A DNA stretch of 64,000 bases. Source: Rhynchopus sp. YZ270_cl-10. Taxonomy: Eukaryota. The DNA is taken from the NCBI GenBank assembly GCA_964035575.1, contig OZ037842.1, forward strand, positions 372,001 through 436,000, written 5' to 3'. Below the pieces are notes generated by a model. The model was not told the origin of the DNA. It worked only from the letters and a program-made list of their open reading frames with translations, and did not search any database. The position numbers and the translations under genes are program-made. Below are positions 62,960 to 64,000 of this stretch, one piece after another (the first letter of the stretch is position 1; the number at the start of each line of letters is the position of its first letter).

Positions 62960-63130
62960 TTTTTTTTTTGTTGTATCGACAATCACCAAGTAATCCCACC
63001 AGGTGGGAGAATTCGGTTCTGTATTCAATGCTGGCCGAAGCCTTTGTACTTTTTTTGCTGTGTCGACAATCACTTCGCTCCAAAAACGGAACAAAGTTCT
63101 GTACTCAAAGTTGGCTTTGTATTTTTTTTT
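62960..63130 (-). repeat. Two tandem degenerate copies (~90 bp) of short repeat R5; a third partial copy at ~33444-33488
   Basis: TTTTG(T/C)TGT(A/G)TCGACAATCAC ... GTTCTGTA(T/C)TCAA..G(C/T)TGG..CTTTGTA occurs twice. Confidence 0.7.
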
Positions 63131-63728
63131 TGAAAGAATGGCGATAAAGCCCTCTCATGTCTTGCCACCTACGAAAAAAGAAAAAGAAGAAAAAGAAAGT
63201 TAATAATATGAACCCAATTCTAGTCACCTAACTAAAGCTGACAGTAGAAAAACAAACAAACGCCTCTGCTGAGCTCTCTGTAGTTATGGACAAAAAAGGG
63301 GACCGATGGATGTGTTTCCATAATATCCCTTACTCATCTGCTTGACTTAAAACTGCAAGGCAAGCAGCGAGCAACTTCAACCAAAAAAAGACATACAAGG
63401 AAACACACCCCGATCACCTCACACACTTCAGTTGCAAGTCAAGGCGTCCACAAAATAAAAAAACATAAAACCACAGAACAAAATAATGGGTTGTGCAAAA
63501 AAAATACAATTGCAAGACGCATAAGACTCACGTTCATACACAACTTTGCTTTAGATACAGTCTTAGAGCAAACATCGGAGGGTCAATAACTAAAGTGAAT
63601 TTTTTTTCTCAGATTTCTAAAATGCTAAAAGGAGGGATGTATTGGACCTACGATGCTATTGCGGTAAAAATTATCGACCGTAAAAAAGGTCGAACTTCCA
63701 GAAAAAAAATCCTGAAAAGGTCGAACAT

Positions 63729-64000
63729 CATGGATGTCCAAAGTACTTGAAGTACTTTTTTCGGATTTTTTATGGTACTTGAAGTACTTGACCCCCCTTT
63801 TTTTTCCTCTCAAAATGACAGTCAAGTACTTGAAGATTGATCAAGTACTTGACAGAAATCAAGTACTTGATACCCTATTTTTTTTTCTCGTACTTTTTTA
63901 CTTTTTTACCCTCTGGCAGAGTCTGTCAAGTACTTGTTTTCGCAAAAAAAACGTCAAGTACTTGATCAAGTACCCACTTTTTTTTTGTACTTGATCAAGT
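63729..64000. mobile_element. Left end of a hAT-like non-autonomous element, truncated by the window edge
   Basis: Abrupt start CATGGATGTCC followed by many (C)AAGTACTT(G) palindromic subterminal repeats. Confidence 0.55.

Overview
Eukaryotic genomic DNA from a flagellated protist. All seven host genes lie on the minus strand and carry short GT(ATG)-AG introns, which suggests a euglenozoan, probably diplonemid-like (inference). Genes: two acylated Pro/Gln-rich CUE-domain paralogues, a secreted six-repeat Cys-rich protein, an axonemal outer-arm dynein heavy chain (DNAH5/8-type, 4646 aa), a low-complexity hypothetical protein, a ~3540-aa single-pass surface protein built from about ten or more degenerate Cache-like modules, and a bacterial-type TIGR03364-like FAD oxidoreductase with one intron. 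The most striking feature is an 11.4-kb stack of non-autonomous DNA transposons (3032-14441) that collapses to one poly-G tract when the elements are removed. Four elements with hAT-like termini sit directly in G runs. A second family (CATA...TATG) has inserted three times out of three into the CCTAGG palindrome formed where a TAGG...CCTA element meets the G tract. One foldback element carries a poly-A-tailed ORF-bearing insert whose tail was itself hit by a MULE-like element. Intergenic DNA also holds about 18 tiny hairpin-plus-U-tract elements, all in the gene orientation. All family assignments come from motif recognition by eye; no searches were run.
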